DNA of 64,000 nt from Rhina ancylostomus (GCA_030265395.1 JARFYF010000036.1:23032327-23096326), one strand, 5' to 3'. Shown: positions 46,901 to 60,795, counted from the first letter of the stretch. The notes: generated from the sequence alone by a model not told the origin. Made by a program: numbers and translations.

Positions 46901-49900
46901 GGATTCAGGTTAGCCCTTAGAAAGCGTAAATGAAAACCCAAGGGTTGCCTTCATCATGGGAGCAAAGTCAGCCACTTCTGAAAACTAATTTTGTTCAGAA
47001 AAATGATCTGATAATTGACAAAAGCACTCACAATTTACTTCTCCACCAAACTGCCTATGCTCAGGGTTTACAAATTTTACAGAACTGAAGTGTGAGGCAA
47101 TGCTTAGCAGTTAAATAATATCTTTTTATAAAAAACTAATTACAGAAACTGGGTTGCTTCTATATATCATGAGAACTTGAGAATAATTGATTCCTTAGTT
47201 GTATTTGGTTTTTCATTTTTATGAACATGGTATTTCAGAACTGAGCTCCATCAAGTAACAACAAATTCAATGCTCAAACATAAAAGTATGAGCATTCTGA
47301 TTCCTCATTCAAGTTGAAAATAAAAACAAGAATCATAACTTTGTTTAAAAAATGTTTTAAAGTGTTTAAAAAAACCCAGAAACAATGTATAAATGCTTCA
47401 AGAATGGAATGTTTGAAAGAAAAATTAAATTTCCTTTTTATTTGAATTCAATGTGCCAGCTCCTCACATTGGTAATGGATGTGCCATTGGCAAATACGAG
47501 TGATATTTTTTGCAAGCATCTCTTATATTCAGGGTGTGGATGAGTGTGTGGATCAAGAATAACTTTATATTTTTGAGGGTATGCCGCTGTCTTATTTTAC
47601 TTGTTCTCCGCATGATTTCCTTGGGCTATAATTCATGATCTTGTAATGGCAGATTATCTACTTTTAATGACAGATTGGTGACTGAAAAGTACATGAGAAG
47701 GCTAGCTGTGAATACCATATCATTTTTGATCTCTTGTATTGAAGATTCTGCCTAAAATTTTTTAGTAATAATGCAGTTTCAGATGATAAATTGTAAATAC
47801 TTTTAACTCCCATAAAGGATTACTTTTCATCTTGCTGAGTTAAAATTATTTTGTTCATCCTCTCTCACTCTACTACTGCTTCAAGTCTTTCATATATATT
47901 CACTTTCTTTTTTCCTCTTTCCTTATTCCCTCATTTTAACAATCTCTCAGTTGTCTCTAAACCTTCACCCAGGGAGAAGCTGCAGCACTGGATCTTGGGT
48001 AAGTTAAAGCCGAATGTATCAGAGCTTTAGGTGGCCATCATTGGTAGTTGTTGTTTCTTGGCTTGAAGTGAAAGGAAGCTAGAATCATCCGGCTGATCGA
48101 AGAGAACTGTTAGCTTTCTTTACAAGCACAATTTATGCACACAAAGATAGCATCATGCTCAAATTTCATAGCTTTTTTTGAGGACAGTCTTTCTAAGTGA
48201 GCAGCACTGCTATAGAAACTTTCCTTCTTGGCCCCATCAAAGAGCCACAGATAAGCAGGCCGAGCATTTGATCAAAATAATTCTACTATAGAAGAATTCA
48301 CAGAAAAGTAAGGCAGTCAAATATTATTGCCTGCTGCTCAGTGGGGGGAGTAAAGGGCTATCACACCTGCTTTTGCTTTCCTTGGGACCCTACTTTCCCT
48401 CCACTTTGGGCCTGTAGAGAGATGCAGTGTTAAGACAGCTTCCTTCTGAAATGAGTGCAGACAAATTGTGCTTGTCGGAACTCCATCAGCTGTCAACATT
48501 ATCTGATTGATTAAGCAACAGAAGATCTGCCCATTTGAAACAAAATCCTCTTGCTCCCTTAACTGGGAAACTCCCAGGTCCTTTCACCTCAACCAAAGGC
48601 TCTTAGTTCTTTCTCGTCTTTCATTCCTTCTCTGTGCAATACAGAGGAAACAAACTGGTCAACCAATGATTCAGTTTCACGTGTCCACACAACATTGTAC
48701 CACTAGAACTACCAAGCCATCCACAGATAATTTTTTTCATATAACAGGTTGGAGTCAATCATCTTCTCTAAAAACACTATTGAAAAGATTAGTGGTTGAA
48801 ACTTGTTAACAAAATTCAAATACAGATTTGTTTTATAAACTTACAAAATAACTGAGTGCTTTGATTACATGCCATGATGGCATCCACTTCCATCCCCAAG
48901 CAATATTGCTCTCTCTTTCCAGCTGTGATGTATAATTGTGGAACACCAGTACCAGATGAAGGAGTGCGTCACTGGGAATGGAAGGAGAGGCATGGTACTT
49001 TCTCTCTGAATAGTTTAAATCTCAGTAACAGACCATTTATTTTGGATAATAGTTTCTTTTTTCCACAGGTGAGTGCCTTTTGTGAATTGTATTCACCAAT
49101 CAAATAATCTTGGTGGTCATGTTCAAAGTGACAGGCGGGTAAAACAGCTGCAGGTTGGATGTTATTGTTCTACGTCATGCTTAGTATGGAGCCACCAAAC
49201 ATTCCTAGGGTAGTTGTGTAATGTTTAAGGTAAAAGATTGCTAGTATTCCTGCAATTATCTTAAAACTTAGAAATTCTTATAACATCAGATTTGATTACC
49301 ATTGCAATCAATTCCAATGGAACTGTCCTTGAGCTTGTCTGAATGTGCTTACCCAGTTACTGCTGAACAGCTGTAAATTTTGTATTGAGAACTTGTGTGC
49401 TCTAATTAAAATCCCTTGGTTCACACATCACTTAACTGTGTGGTTTCTGAATTATTGATCTGTACCACATGATTAATTCTAACTGTGAAAGGATTTCTGG
49501 GTTTTCTCCTCCCTATAATTTAGTTTATAGTACTGCTGAATGTAATATAATGATGTATAACTGTTTTTGAATGAAATTTTATAAAACCTGGGAAATCATT
49601 TTTTTTGCATTTAAATCTATAAGATCAAAAACCACAGTGCAAAGTACATCTAAACATGCTACTGTAAGATCTTAATATATATGGAAAACAGAGCTTCACG
49701 AAGAGAAGACAGATCAAAATCTTAAAGTCTGAGGGGAAGGGGATTTGGAGTTTAAGGTTTTTTTGTTGTTAAATGAAATAATGGTTTATCATTCGTGTCA
49801 GAAAATGTCAAAAGGATATTGACAGCACAAGGTTGGACCAGTTCACCTGGCTAAAGTCATTTAGTGTCTATGTTAGCACCACTAGACAGTATTTCATTGG

Positions 49901-50030
49901 AGTGAGCTCTGTGTTCCCATTGTTTGCTTTGCATATTCTGCATTGCTTTTTAACCACAATTTTGTATCTTATTAATAATGTATGTTTATTTGTATGCAAC
50001 AATACAGCTATACACAAAAGATTTTACTTC

Positions 50031-50248
50031 ATTAAAATTTATACTGATGTTATTGTGTCTCGTATGTTTTAAGGCATAGATAGAAAAATGAAAGAATTGT
50101 GTTAGTGCTAGTTAACAGAGTAACATACAAATTGTGACCAACACCTTGTTCATTTTCTTTTAAATATTCAAGTCACTTCAAGACTATTTAAAATCATGAT
50201 TTTTTTTTGTTACATTACCTGCTTATGAAATCCCATCTCCTTAATAAA
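50031..50248 (+). terminator. Candidate distal polyadenylation signals (ATTAAA 50031-50036, AATAAA 50243-50248)
   Basis: Hexamers followed by GT-rich tracts at the end of a T/G-rich repeat-poor stretch. Confidence 0.3.
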
Positions 50249-52119
50249 GTGATGTTAAATAATGGGAGTGTTCCTTTGATTTTATACTGAATGTTCACTT
50301 AAAATGTTTGTTTTGAACCTGTTTTTATTGCTGTGGTCTGAGCTGCAATAATAGTTGATTGCCTTAACCATAATCCCGTCTGCCTGAGAAAAGAATGCCA
50401 GGGATGTCTTAACTCAGGTTTCCAAATATTTGTTCCTAAAACATTTTATCTGACAGCCCTTTCCATTCTAATTATAAACATTGAATAAAATCTATTACTG
50501 TTAAAACTACTGCAGATAGAAGAACAATTAATGTATAAAATAACATTTTGTAAGAAGTATAAGACTGTTTACTTGTGCACAATTTGTGGTACCCTGACTT
50601 GGTTTCACAGGGTTTCACTCTCAGATCCATTACCCAATCAAGCTGTTTCTTTAAGCCATTATGTAGATTAGCAAAGAAAATCCCATTTCATATAGATATG
50701 TTATAGAGGAGTGAACAAGTTGTGCACCTGCAGTTTGGGAACTCTATCCCAGCTGACAGCCAGAACTGATCAAAAGGCTTAACTAGAAAATTATCTTCCA
50801 AAACCCCATCACAGCAACATCAATTAAATTCTCTTTTAGGCCCTTAGGATTTCTAAGTTTCATTTGCCCTTATTTTCTTAGTCATAACTGAACATGCATT
50901 TCAACACTTCATTATCACGTCTTTAATTTTCAATGCTAACATGCCAGAATACTCAACTGGAGGCAATAGTACTGAGAGCATAATTACATTGGCTTGCATG
51001 ATGCAGTTATTCTAAAGGAAAGGTCTTGGATTCAATCTCTAAGACTTTTCTTTTATAAACCTTACAAAAAAAACTTTAATCAGTTTACTAAATATATCGG
51101 CCAAAACCCAATCAAAATCTGAATCCATTTGTTGAAGTCCTGTAGAAATGGTGAATCAAAAACAAAACAAACATTCAACACTCCTATGGTCGGCAGGCCT
51201 TTCCCAACGTTTGACCCCGTGACAGCCCTTTCACTTCTGTACGAAACAAAAGTTGCTTACGTAAACTTACCATCTTTTCACATAGTACCATTAAAGGTTG
51301 TGAGGTTTTGTTAGGTTAATGACTTTTGCTTTGTTGGATATCACATCTCAATTCTTTTGGTACTGATTTTTATTTTCAGCACTTCCTTGTAAATTCAACA
51401 GCAATCCCATACACAGAGTCACCTGATTCTTTTTATATAATCTGCAAGTCCAGCTTTGTATCCACACATAGCACAAATTCCAATACAACAGTTCCATATT
51501 TTTTGTTTAATTGGTCTAAAATTGTGAACATCTCGTCTTAAGTTAGGAGAGCAAAGAAATGTTCCTTCTCAGTGATCTCAGATAAGAACATTACTTCCAC
51601 TGCATTGGCTGTGTGGATTTGAAGCACATAAAGCAGAGTCTGCTTTAGACAAAGCCTTCCATATTCTGCAATTCTGCCACTAATTTTGTTGCTCGACGGT
51701 GGAATTGAGACTTGACTCATCAGTTGTTTTGTTTCTTCCCCCATGCTGTTGTTGTTGCCACTTCATTCACTGCAGGCAGCACACAATCCTCATTGAGTAC
51801 GTGAACTTTTTTTGTCATTTGTCGAGAGACTGAGCACTTCGCAAGTAGAACTAATTTTATCCATTACCTTTACCATTTCAATTGAATGGTTTTTAGTTCA
51901 ATGAAAAACCATCTTGTTGGCTTACCTTACAGTACAGGGTGTTTTCTTTTCAAGCTACAGTTTTAGTTTATTTGGTTTCATGCTTGGGATAATCTAAATG
52001 GGCAGTAGGACCTAAATGGGGAATCTCCTGTTGTAATTTCATGTTCTCAATGGCTCCTAATGGATGAGTGCACAAATAAAAATAGCTTCTTGCACAGAGC
52101 TGCCCATCTTAACGTATTG

Positions 52120-53237
52120 TACTGGGGGTAATGTATTGGCAATGGATTGAGGATTGGTTAACTAATTGGAGGCAGAGAGTTGGGATGAATGGATGTTTCT
52201 CTGGTTGGCAATCAGTGATGAGGGGTGCCACAGGGGTCAGTGCTGGGCCCACAACCGTTCATGATATAAATTAATGATTTGGAAGAGGGAACTGAGTGTA
52301 GCATACCCAAGTTTGCTGATGACACTAAATTGAGTGGAAAAGCAAATTGTGCAGAGGATGCAGAGAGATATAGATAGGTTAAGTGAGTGGGCAAGGGTCT
52401 GGCAGATGGAGTANNNNNNNNNNNNNNNNNNNNNNNNNNNNNNNNNNNNNNNNNNNNNNNNNNNNNNNNNNNNNNNNNNNNNNNNNNNNNNNNNNNNNNN
52501 NNNNNNNNNNNNNNNNNNNNNNNNNNNNNNNNNNNNNNNNNNNNNNNNATCGCAAAAGGTTGGTTTGCAGGTGCAACAGGTTATCAAGAAGGCAAATGAA
52601 ATGTTGGCCTTCATTGCTAGAGGGATTGAATTTAAGAGCAGGGAGGTTATGCTGCAACAGTAGAGGGTACTGGTAAGGTTGCACCTGGAGTACTGTGTGC
52701 AGTTCTAGTCTCCTTACTTGAGGAAAGCTATACTGGCTTTGGATGCAGTGCAGAGGAGATTCACCAGGTTGATTCTGGGGATGAGGGGGTTAGTCTATGA
52801 GGAGAGATTGAGTCAGTTGGGACTATACTCGCTGGAATGCAGAAGAATGAGAGGGGATCTTATAGAGATATATCAAATTATGAAAGGGATAGACAAAATA
52901 GAGGGAGGAAGGTTGTTTCCACTGGTAGCTGAGACTAGAACTAGGGGACATAGACTCAAGATTTGGGGGAGTAGATTTAGGACGGAGATGACGAGGAACT
53001 GCTTTTCCCAGAGAGTAGCAAATCTGTGGAATTCTCTGTCCATGGAAACAGTAGAGGCTACGTCAATAAATATATTTAAGACACAATGATTTTTGCACAG
53101 TAAGGGAATTAAGCGTTATGGGGAAAAGGCAGGTAGTTGGAGCAGAGTCCATGGCCAAATCAGTCATGATCTTAATGAATGGCAGAGCAGGCTCGACAGG
53201 CCAGATGACCTACTCCTGTTCCATGTTCTTATGTTAA
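52120..53237 (+). mobile_element. CR1-clade LINE 3' portion
   Basis: GVPQGSVLGP, KFADDTKL, KKANEMLAFIARGIEFKSREVM, AVQRRFTRLI, RMRGDLIE, TRTRGH motifs. Confidence 0.93.
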
Positions 53238-53455
53238 CATCTGAATTATGAGCATCTTTTCGTGTGGTGTTAGAATACAGTGAATGATACTATTCTGATA
53301 ATTGGCCATGAGGATACTATTATGAAAATTCTCTTGCCTTTTCTGAGATATTGGATTTCTTTCTCTGGAGCTATTGAGCAGCATGATTTACAGATACCAA
53401 GAAGAATTTAATAGATTTGTGCTAACATCAGTTGTGTCATTTTATAGTCAAGTCA

Positions 53456-53637
53456 TGCTGACCACAATTCTTGAACAAATAAAAGAACATTTTGAGTCAT
53501 GGATTGAATATGTAGAAAGGATGAGTTACCTTTTTGATGCAAATAACATTGCAGAAGGGAAAAAGATTTTGCTAGCATCTGTTGGTGCTAAAATAAAAAG
53601 TTTTACCAAAACCTTGCTGGTTCCACCCAAATCATGA
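53456..53637 (+). mobile_element. Gypsy-type LTR retrotransposon gag N-terminal remnant
   Basis: ESWIEYVERMSYLFDANNIAEGKKILLASVGAK..TKTLLVP resembles the Gypsy gag W..YVERL..FF.AN.I...KK..LL..G motif. Confidence 0.65.
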
Positions 53638-53676
53638 GATATTTAAAGTTGGTTAAACCAGCTGAACCATATTAAT

Positions 53677-53710
53677 TCCCCTTCCCCCCCACCCCCCCCC
53701 CCCCGCCCCC
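53677..53710 (+). repeat. Poly-C tract
   Basis: ccccttccccccccaccccccccccccc... seen directly. Confidence 0.85.
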
Positions 53711-53839
53711 GACCTCATTCCTACAGTTCAAATGATATGAAGTTAACATTGAAGAATCGGCATCCAGATGAAGCTGTTGGCAGATTTGAGATTTCCAGAC
53801 ACTTCAAGAGATGTTGCTGGACATAGAACTCAAAAACTG

Positions 53840-54895
53840 CATTACTTTTCTGCCATTTACAACCTAGCTCTCACTTTCATATGGTCCACCTCTGATTCTT
53901 CCCTGTCCATTCTGGATTTCTGTGTCTCCATCTCAGTGCATAGCATAGTGACCAATATCCACTAATAGTCACAGAATCCCACAGCTATCTGAACTGTACT
54001 TTCACCCTGCTTCCTGGAAGGACTCCATTCTCCTGGGTGCTCTGTTTCCATTGTTTCTGCTCTGATGAAACTTTCCTCAGAGCAGGCTTCCTTTACCATT
54101 GTTGGCACAGTCCTCAGCTGAGTCAAAGAGTCATAGAGCAGTGCAGTTCATTCCATATACAGTACACACCACCCTCTGCATGGAGAAGTTGCCCCTCAGA
54201 CTCCTTTGAAATCTTTCCCCCTCATCTTAAACCCATGCCCTCTAGTTTTTGATTCCATATCCCTGAGAAAAAACTCTGTGCTTACACCCCATCTTTATCC
54301 CTCATGATTTTATTACCTCTATAAGGCATCTCATCTATAGATACATCTCATCAATTTCCCGCACCTCTGNNNNNNNNNNNNNNNNNNNNNNNNNNNNNNN
54401 NNNNNNNNNNNNNNNNNNNNNNNNNNNNNNNNNNNNNNNNNNNNNNNNNNNNNNNNNNNNNNNNNNNNNCTTCCCTCTCCATTAACCATTTTCTTTTTTG
54501 TGGTATTTTCCATGCAGCCACAGGAGATGCAACAACTACACTTTTATCGTTTCTTTCCCCACTATACACAGATTCAAACAGTCATTCCTCATAAAGCAAT
54601 GATTCACTTACACTTCTTTCAATCTAGTTTACTGCATTTGGTGGTCACAATGTGGTATCCTCTACGTGGGAGAAACCAGACACAGATTGGGTGATTGCAG
54701 AACATCTCTGTTCAGTCCCCAGGGATACCCCTGGCCTTCTAGTTGTCTGTTACTTTTATCTTCCATCCCACTGCCACTCTGACATCTCTCTGTGGTCACC
54801 TTCCCTGTTCCAATGAAACCCAACATAAACTCGAGGGACAGCACTTCACCTTCAATCTGAGCATGTTACAGGCCCCAGGGCTGAATATTGAATTA
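53840..54895 (+). mobile_element. Penelope-like retroelement remnant (RT C-terminus plus GIY-YIG endonuclease)
   Basis: YNLALTFIWSTSDSSLSILDFCVSIS..TNIH (RT) and FTYTSFNLVYCIWWSQCGILYVGETRHRLGD (GIY-YIG) at about 54604-54695. Confidence 0.8.
54125..54330 (-). mobile_element. CR1-like 3' fragment nested in the Penelope element
   Basis: accaccctctgcatggagaagttgcccctcag...cccatgccctctagtttttgattcc...cctcatgattttattacctctataagg. Confidence 0.75.
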
Positions 54896-55299
54896 ATATT
54901 CTGGGCTTCTATGGAAGAAGAACTCTCCTCCTCTCCACCACCTTCACCAATGCCTCAGTACAGAGTTTGAAAATCTAACAGTCACTCTCTCCTATCCAAT
55001 GCCTTTTTTGATCATCTCCCAGACAAGAAATAGTTTCAAATCATGATTTAACCAGTAACAGTTTTTCCCTGTATTGCCCCCTTGTGGTGAGCATCCAGCC
55101 ATCAACAGCACAATCGTTGCTACCTGAATCATGCAAAGACCAGGTAGCACAAAATTTACATGTTACCTGAACTGTGTCAGCGTGCTGTGAATGAATTGCA
55201 CCTCCTGGAAATTTAGTGGTTTTCAGGATCTACAGACCACACTGGACCAGTGTAAATAAAATGTGAATGGTTTACAGCTGCTGTATATTAGGGGATGCC

Positions 55300-56540
55300 A
55301 ATAAGAACATAAATAGAAAGAGATGTTCACCATTCAGCCCTTCAATTGCAGCATTCAACTCCACATTCCTGCCTGATCCCCATTGTCATTGACTCCAGAT
55401 CCCCTGTAGTCCAAAATCTGTTTATCTCAACCTTGAGATTCAGTGGCTCCACTGGCATAGTTCTTTGAGATAAAGAATTCCAATTCACAATTCTCCAAGA
55501 AAAGAAATTCCTCCACCTCTGTCTTAAATAGTCGCTGCCTTAGTTTCAGAATAAGACAGCGCCTGTTTACTGTCTCCAGTTTGTGAATCAACCACAAGAG
55601 GAAGCATCCTTTGAGCATCCTTTGAGCCATACCTTGCCAATCCCCTCCAGAATCTTGAATGTTTCAACCAGTATTGTCAGCACACTACAAGAAGGATATG
55701 GTAGCAAGAGAGAGTGCAGAAGAGAATCACCAGGATGTTGCCCAGAATGGAGGGTTGTAGCATATGGAGGGATTGGATAGGTTTGTTTATTCTCACAGAT
55801 ACATTGAAGGCTGAGAGGTGATCGTATAGAGGTTTATATAGTTATGAGGTTTATATTGTTATGAAATGCACAGATCAAATAGAGAGTCTTTTTCTCAGGG
55901 TAGGGGAGTATAGAATTAGAAGGCATAGGTAACAAGTGAGAGAGGAGAAATTTAAAGGAGATCTGAGGGATAAGACTTTAACACAGAGGGTGGTGGGAGA
56001 GGTAGATACGATTATAGCATCTAATACACATTTGGATGGGGACTTAGGTTGGAAAGGTATAGAGGGACCTAATGCAAGCAAATGGAATTAGTGTAGAAAG
56101 ACATTATGGTTGGCATGGACGAGGTGGGCTGGAAGGGCCCATTTCTGGGATTAGAGGAATCTGTGGTTTTAAGATCACCTTTCATTATCCTACACTCAAA
56201 TGAGTGTGAGTCTATCCTGTTCAACCTTCACTCAGAAGACAACTGCTTCATCCCAGGAATAAGCATGACGAACATTTTCTGATCCACCTCCAATGCAATC
56301 ATCCCTCTGCTTCCTGTACTCCATACTTCAGGTGTGATCCATCAGTCTTCTGTCCAGTTTTGACAAGACCTCTCTGTGTATACACACCATCCCTCTTGCA
56401 ATAAAGGTCAGCATTCCTATTTAGTTACTGTACCTGCATGCTAACTTTCTGGTTTTCGTACCTGAAAGCACCCATGTCCATCTATACACCAGCACTCTGT
56501 AATCACTCTCTAGTGAAACAATATTCTGCTTTTCTGCCAT
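55300..56540 (-). mobile_element. Decayed CR1-like LINE with nested opposite-strand CR1 3' end (about 55680-56150, +)
   Basis: Inner copy: gaaggctgagaggtgatcgtatagaggtttat (RLRGDRIEVY) and acacagagggtggtg; outer copy resumes at aagatcacctttcatt. Confidence 0.7.
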
Positions 56541-56919
56541 TTAGCCAATAATTCACACGGGACAGGTAGTCACTGGTTATCAAATCCTGTAAGGATCAAT
56601 AAAATCATACTGCTTTCAGTACAAGCACAATTCTGTTATTGAAATGAATGTTAAATCTGACTAGTTCATAGAATCATAACTCAGCAGAGTAGGCCGTCTG
56701 GGCATTGTCCCAGTGCCTGCTCTTCAGATAAACTCTCCAATTAGACCAACTTCTTGTCACTTTCCCCATAACTTTGAAAATATTTCATTTCAAGTATAAG
56801 CATAATTCATATTTAAAGATTATTATTGTAAATTAATTCTACTAATTATTTGAACTCTTGGTATCTAAAACTATGTCCTCTGGAAGCAATTCTCCTTTCC
56901 AGATCTACCATTTTCCATT

Positions 56920-57545
56920 GAACATATGAAACAGGAAAAGGAATTGGCCAATCGACCTTGTGAACCTGCTCTGCCATTCAATAGATCGTGGCCTCAACAG
57001 CAGTTTTCCACTCTCTCCCTAAATCTCTTACCTCCCTTGTAGTTCAAATATGTCAATAAAAAATTGAATATATCCAATGACTGCCTCCACAGCTCCCTGG
57101 GATAGAGAATTTAAAAGGTTCATTATCCTCAGAGAGAAGACATTTCTCTTCATCTTAAATTCCCAACCACTTTTTCTGAAACCATGCCCTCTGGTTCTAG
57201 TTACCCTCACAAGGGGAAATATCCTCTCAGCATCCACTCTTTCAATCCCTGCCAGAATCTTATAGGTTTCAACAAGATTATTTCTTGTTTTCCTGAATTC
57301 CAATAAGTATAAGCCCTACCTGCTCAACCTTTCTTGATACTCCAACCCCTTCATTCTAGGAACCAACACCTTCTCTGCACTGCCTCCAAGGCAAGTATAT
57401 CCTTCCTTGATTACAGAGGCCAATGTTGTATGCAATGCCCTTTAAAGTGGCATCAAAACTTGTATGCTTTTATACTCCATACCCCTTTCAATAAAGCCCA
57501 CATTTCCACTACCTTCCTAGTTGCTTTTCGTACCTGCCATTAAGA
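56920..57545 (-). mobile_element. CR1-like LINE 3' portion
   Basis: EFRKTRNNLVETYKILAGIERVDAERIFPLVRVTRTRGH. Confidence 0.85.
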
Positions 57546-58179
57546 GATAGCTTAAACAAATAGTAAAATATTTTAAATGTTTTAGCCTATTTTAAAATGT
57601 TTTTGATGTGTCATATTGCTGTAGAATGTGTGTAAAACAGATACATGTATTAACTCTGTATTAAAAATAGTTTTTGATTGAGAAGCAAAGCATGATGGTC
57701 AGTTAAGTCAAAAATAATGCTAACTGCAAAGAATGTGCAGAAACAGAATTATGTTTAAAACTTGCAGGAAGTGAAATGCAGGGTGCTGATTTAGACTGTA
57801 ATGTGGTTGAAGCAGACCCAGAGTCTGTGGCACAACAAGTCATGAAAATCACCAGGAACAAGCTAATGAAATACCATACTTGAAACATGTAAAGGAGAGC
57901 CAGAAGACTGATTAAGAGATACAGACAACACAGGAGGGCTTGCAACATCCAAATGGCCATGTTGCTGAAGTTAATGACATTTCTAATAGAACTCTCAACC
58001 TTGAGTATAAGGGTTTAAGTTTCAGGAAGAGCTCAGTCTATGTTGCCATAAAACGAGGACGAGAAAGAATGGTTAAATCTGCAAATGAAACTGGGCTAAA
58101 AAAGAATGGAACAAAATGTATGTTTGAAAGAAGCGGTGGTAAAACTGCTCTGGAAATTGACAGCTAGAAGGATAGACCA

Positions 58180-59716
58180 AAGAGAAAAAGCATACAAAAT
58201 GGTGAGAGACAGACAGATACAGGGAGATCGGTTACACACTTTGCTGGAGAATAGTCACTGGGAATTAGAGGAACAAATTGCAGAAAGCTATAAGAGCAAT
58301 GTGGTTGTAGCAGTGGGGGATTTTAACTTATCCAATCTTGACTGGGATTGCCTTAGTGCAAGGGCCTTGGATGAGATGGAATTTGTTCAGTACGTCAAAG
58401 AAAATTTTTTAAGACAATATGTAGATTGTCTACCAGAGACAGGACAGTCCTTGGCATTAACTTAGGAAATGAAGCTGGACAGGTGGTGGAAGTGTTGGTG
58501 CAGGAACACTTGGGGAACAATGAAAGTTTCAAGGCGTTATGGAAAAGGATGAGGTTGGTCCTCAATTTAAGATTTTGAATTGGGGAAGACTGATTTCGAT
58601 GGAGTAGAAGAGGACCTGGCAAAAGTAGATTGGGAATAGTAAAACAACAACTTGTGAGTAAAACAACAGCTGACAAGTGGGAGTCTTTTAAAAGAGATTT
58701 AGTAAGAGTTCAGGGCCAACATGTTCCGATAAGGCTGAAAGGCAAAGTTGGCAAGATTAGGGAACCTTGGATGACAAAAGGATATTGAAGGTTTGACCAT
58801 AAGAGATAAAGGAGCATATGGCAGGTTTAGACAACTGGAATCGATGGAGGAATATGGATTTCATAGGAGAGAACTTAAGAAAGAAATTAGGAGGACAAAA
58901 AAGGGCCATGAAATATCCTTGGCAAATAAGATAAAGTAGAACCCCAAGATATTCTCTAAGTATGTCTGAAGCAAGAGGGGACCCAGGGAAAGAATGGGTC
59001 ACCTTCCTTCCAGAGGACATGGATAATCTTGAGCAAGACAGTATTAAGAAGAAAACTGTGTTTGATGTCAAGGGGCACATAAGGATTGATAAATCCCCAG
59101 GGCCTGATGAGATCTATTCCAAGATGCTATGGGAAGCAAGGAAAGAGATAACTGGGGCCCTGACAGATTTGTGCATCTTTATTAGCTACAGGTGAGGTAC
59201 CAGAAGACTGGATTATAACTAATGTTGCTCCTTTCTTTAAGAAGGGCAGCAGGGATAAACCAGTCCTTATGTTGGTGGTAGAAAAGTTATTGAAGAAAAT
59301 CCTAAAGGATGGGATTTATGTTTCCTTGGAAAGACAGGGACTGATCAGGGATAGTCAGCGTGGCTTTGTTTGGGGGAATTCCTGTCTCACTAGTTTAATT
59401 GATTTTTTTGAAGAGGTAACTAAGAAAATTGATTAAGGCAGGGCAGAAGATATTGTCTACATAGACTTTAAGAAGACATTTGACAAGGTCCCACATGGTA
59501 GGCTAATCCAGAAGGTTCAGGCACATGGGATCTGGCTACTTGGATACAAAATTGATTTGGGGTGATAGGAGACAGAGGGTAGCAGTGGAAGGATGCTTTA
59601 CTGAAGAACGTGCTCAGTATGTACCACAAGAATCAGTGCTGGGACTCTTATTGTTTGTGATATATATTGACAACTTAGATGTGAATGTAGGAGGTATGAT
59701 TAGTAAATGTGTATAA
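58180..59716 (+). mobile_element. CR1-clade LINE ORF2 remnant (APE endonuclease end to RT), internally deleted
   Basis: VVAVGDFNLSNLDW, FLRQYVD, DKSPGPDEIYSKMLWEA, VPQESVLGLLLFVIYI. Confidence 0.9.
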
Positions 59717-60574
59717 TGTAGCATTCTAGATATTGGTAGTCAATCAGCTACCATGAGAAGGAAGGACTTCATCACTCCTGAAAGTTCATTCACAGACCTC
59801 ACTCCCCACATTACAAAGTCCCACTACATGGGTATTTTGCAGTTTTAACCAGACCTCTAGTTATCTCATATTACCATAGTAACAGCCTGCTCTTCTGCCT
59901 GTTGTTGAGGCCTTGGATACCATTGGAGATGTCTTAGAATAGACCATTGTTTCTTACCTCACTGCAACCAGATGGCTGCTTCCTTATAAACTGGGCCTCT
60001 TGAGACCTTGGGCCTTAGTAAAGCAATTTAACTTCCTAATTTATGGCTGATGCTCAGTAAAACTGAGAGAAAGTTACTCTGAACATTGTTCCTTATCTCC
60101 TGTCAGACAAGTTCATCCTCTGATTAATCAGTCCTAGAGATTCAATTCCTTCATTATGGATCCCCATGCCTACAGTTTCTCAACACTCCCAGAGAAATTC
60201 ATAAAATAGTAACCATCCTTGTACATGGTAAAATGCAATTATTAATTCAAACTGAAAACACAGTCCATTTTTCTGTTCTAGGATGATTGTTTTTAACACT
60301 TTGACTACCACCGTCCCCTTTTTGATCCTGAGGGCTGTTCCTGAAAGGATCACATCACACTCATGTATCACTTCTGGTAATAGACTAGTGCATGCTATTC
60401 TACAGTCGATTGATTACCTTGATTATACATGTATTTAAATAAAATACATTCACTATATTGTTATCATCAGTGCTGTAGCAGACTATAGATTATATTGGTG
60501 TACCCATCAACTCTTTCACTATTTATTAATTCTGTGACTAGTATAATAATTGCTTTTACACTTGGCTTGTTATT

Positions 60575-60795
60575 CTTGACCACACTCAGTGATTCAGAAA
60601 CAGCTTCTTCCCCTCCACCATCAGATTCCCGAATGGCCCACAAATCCATGAACACTACCTTGTTTTTCCTTTTTCTTTGCACTATTTATTTATTCTTGTA
60701 ATCTGTAGTCATTTTATGTCCTTGCACTGTACTACTGCTGCAAAATGACAAATTTCACATCATATAAGTCAGAGATAATAAATCTGATTCTGATT
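60575..60795 (+). mobile_element. Rex1-like LINE 3' end
   Basis: FRNSFFPSTIRFPNGP then tail aataaatctgattctgatt. Confidence 0.65.

Noticed and set aside
51538-51960. Possible minus-strand coding exon (RIVCCLQ* CAAX-like end; gtaagc donor near 51925)
   Set aside because: No sustained ORF with a good acceptor and no recognisable homology.
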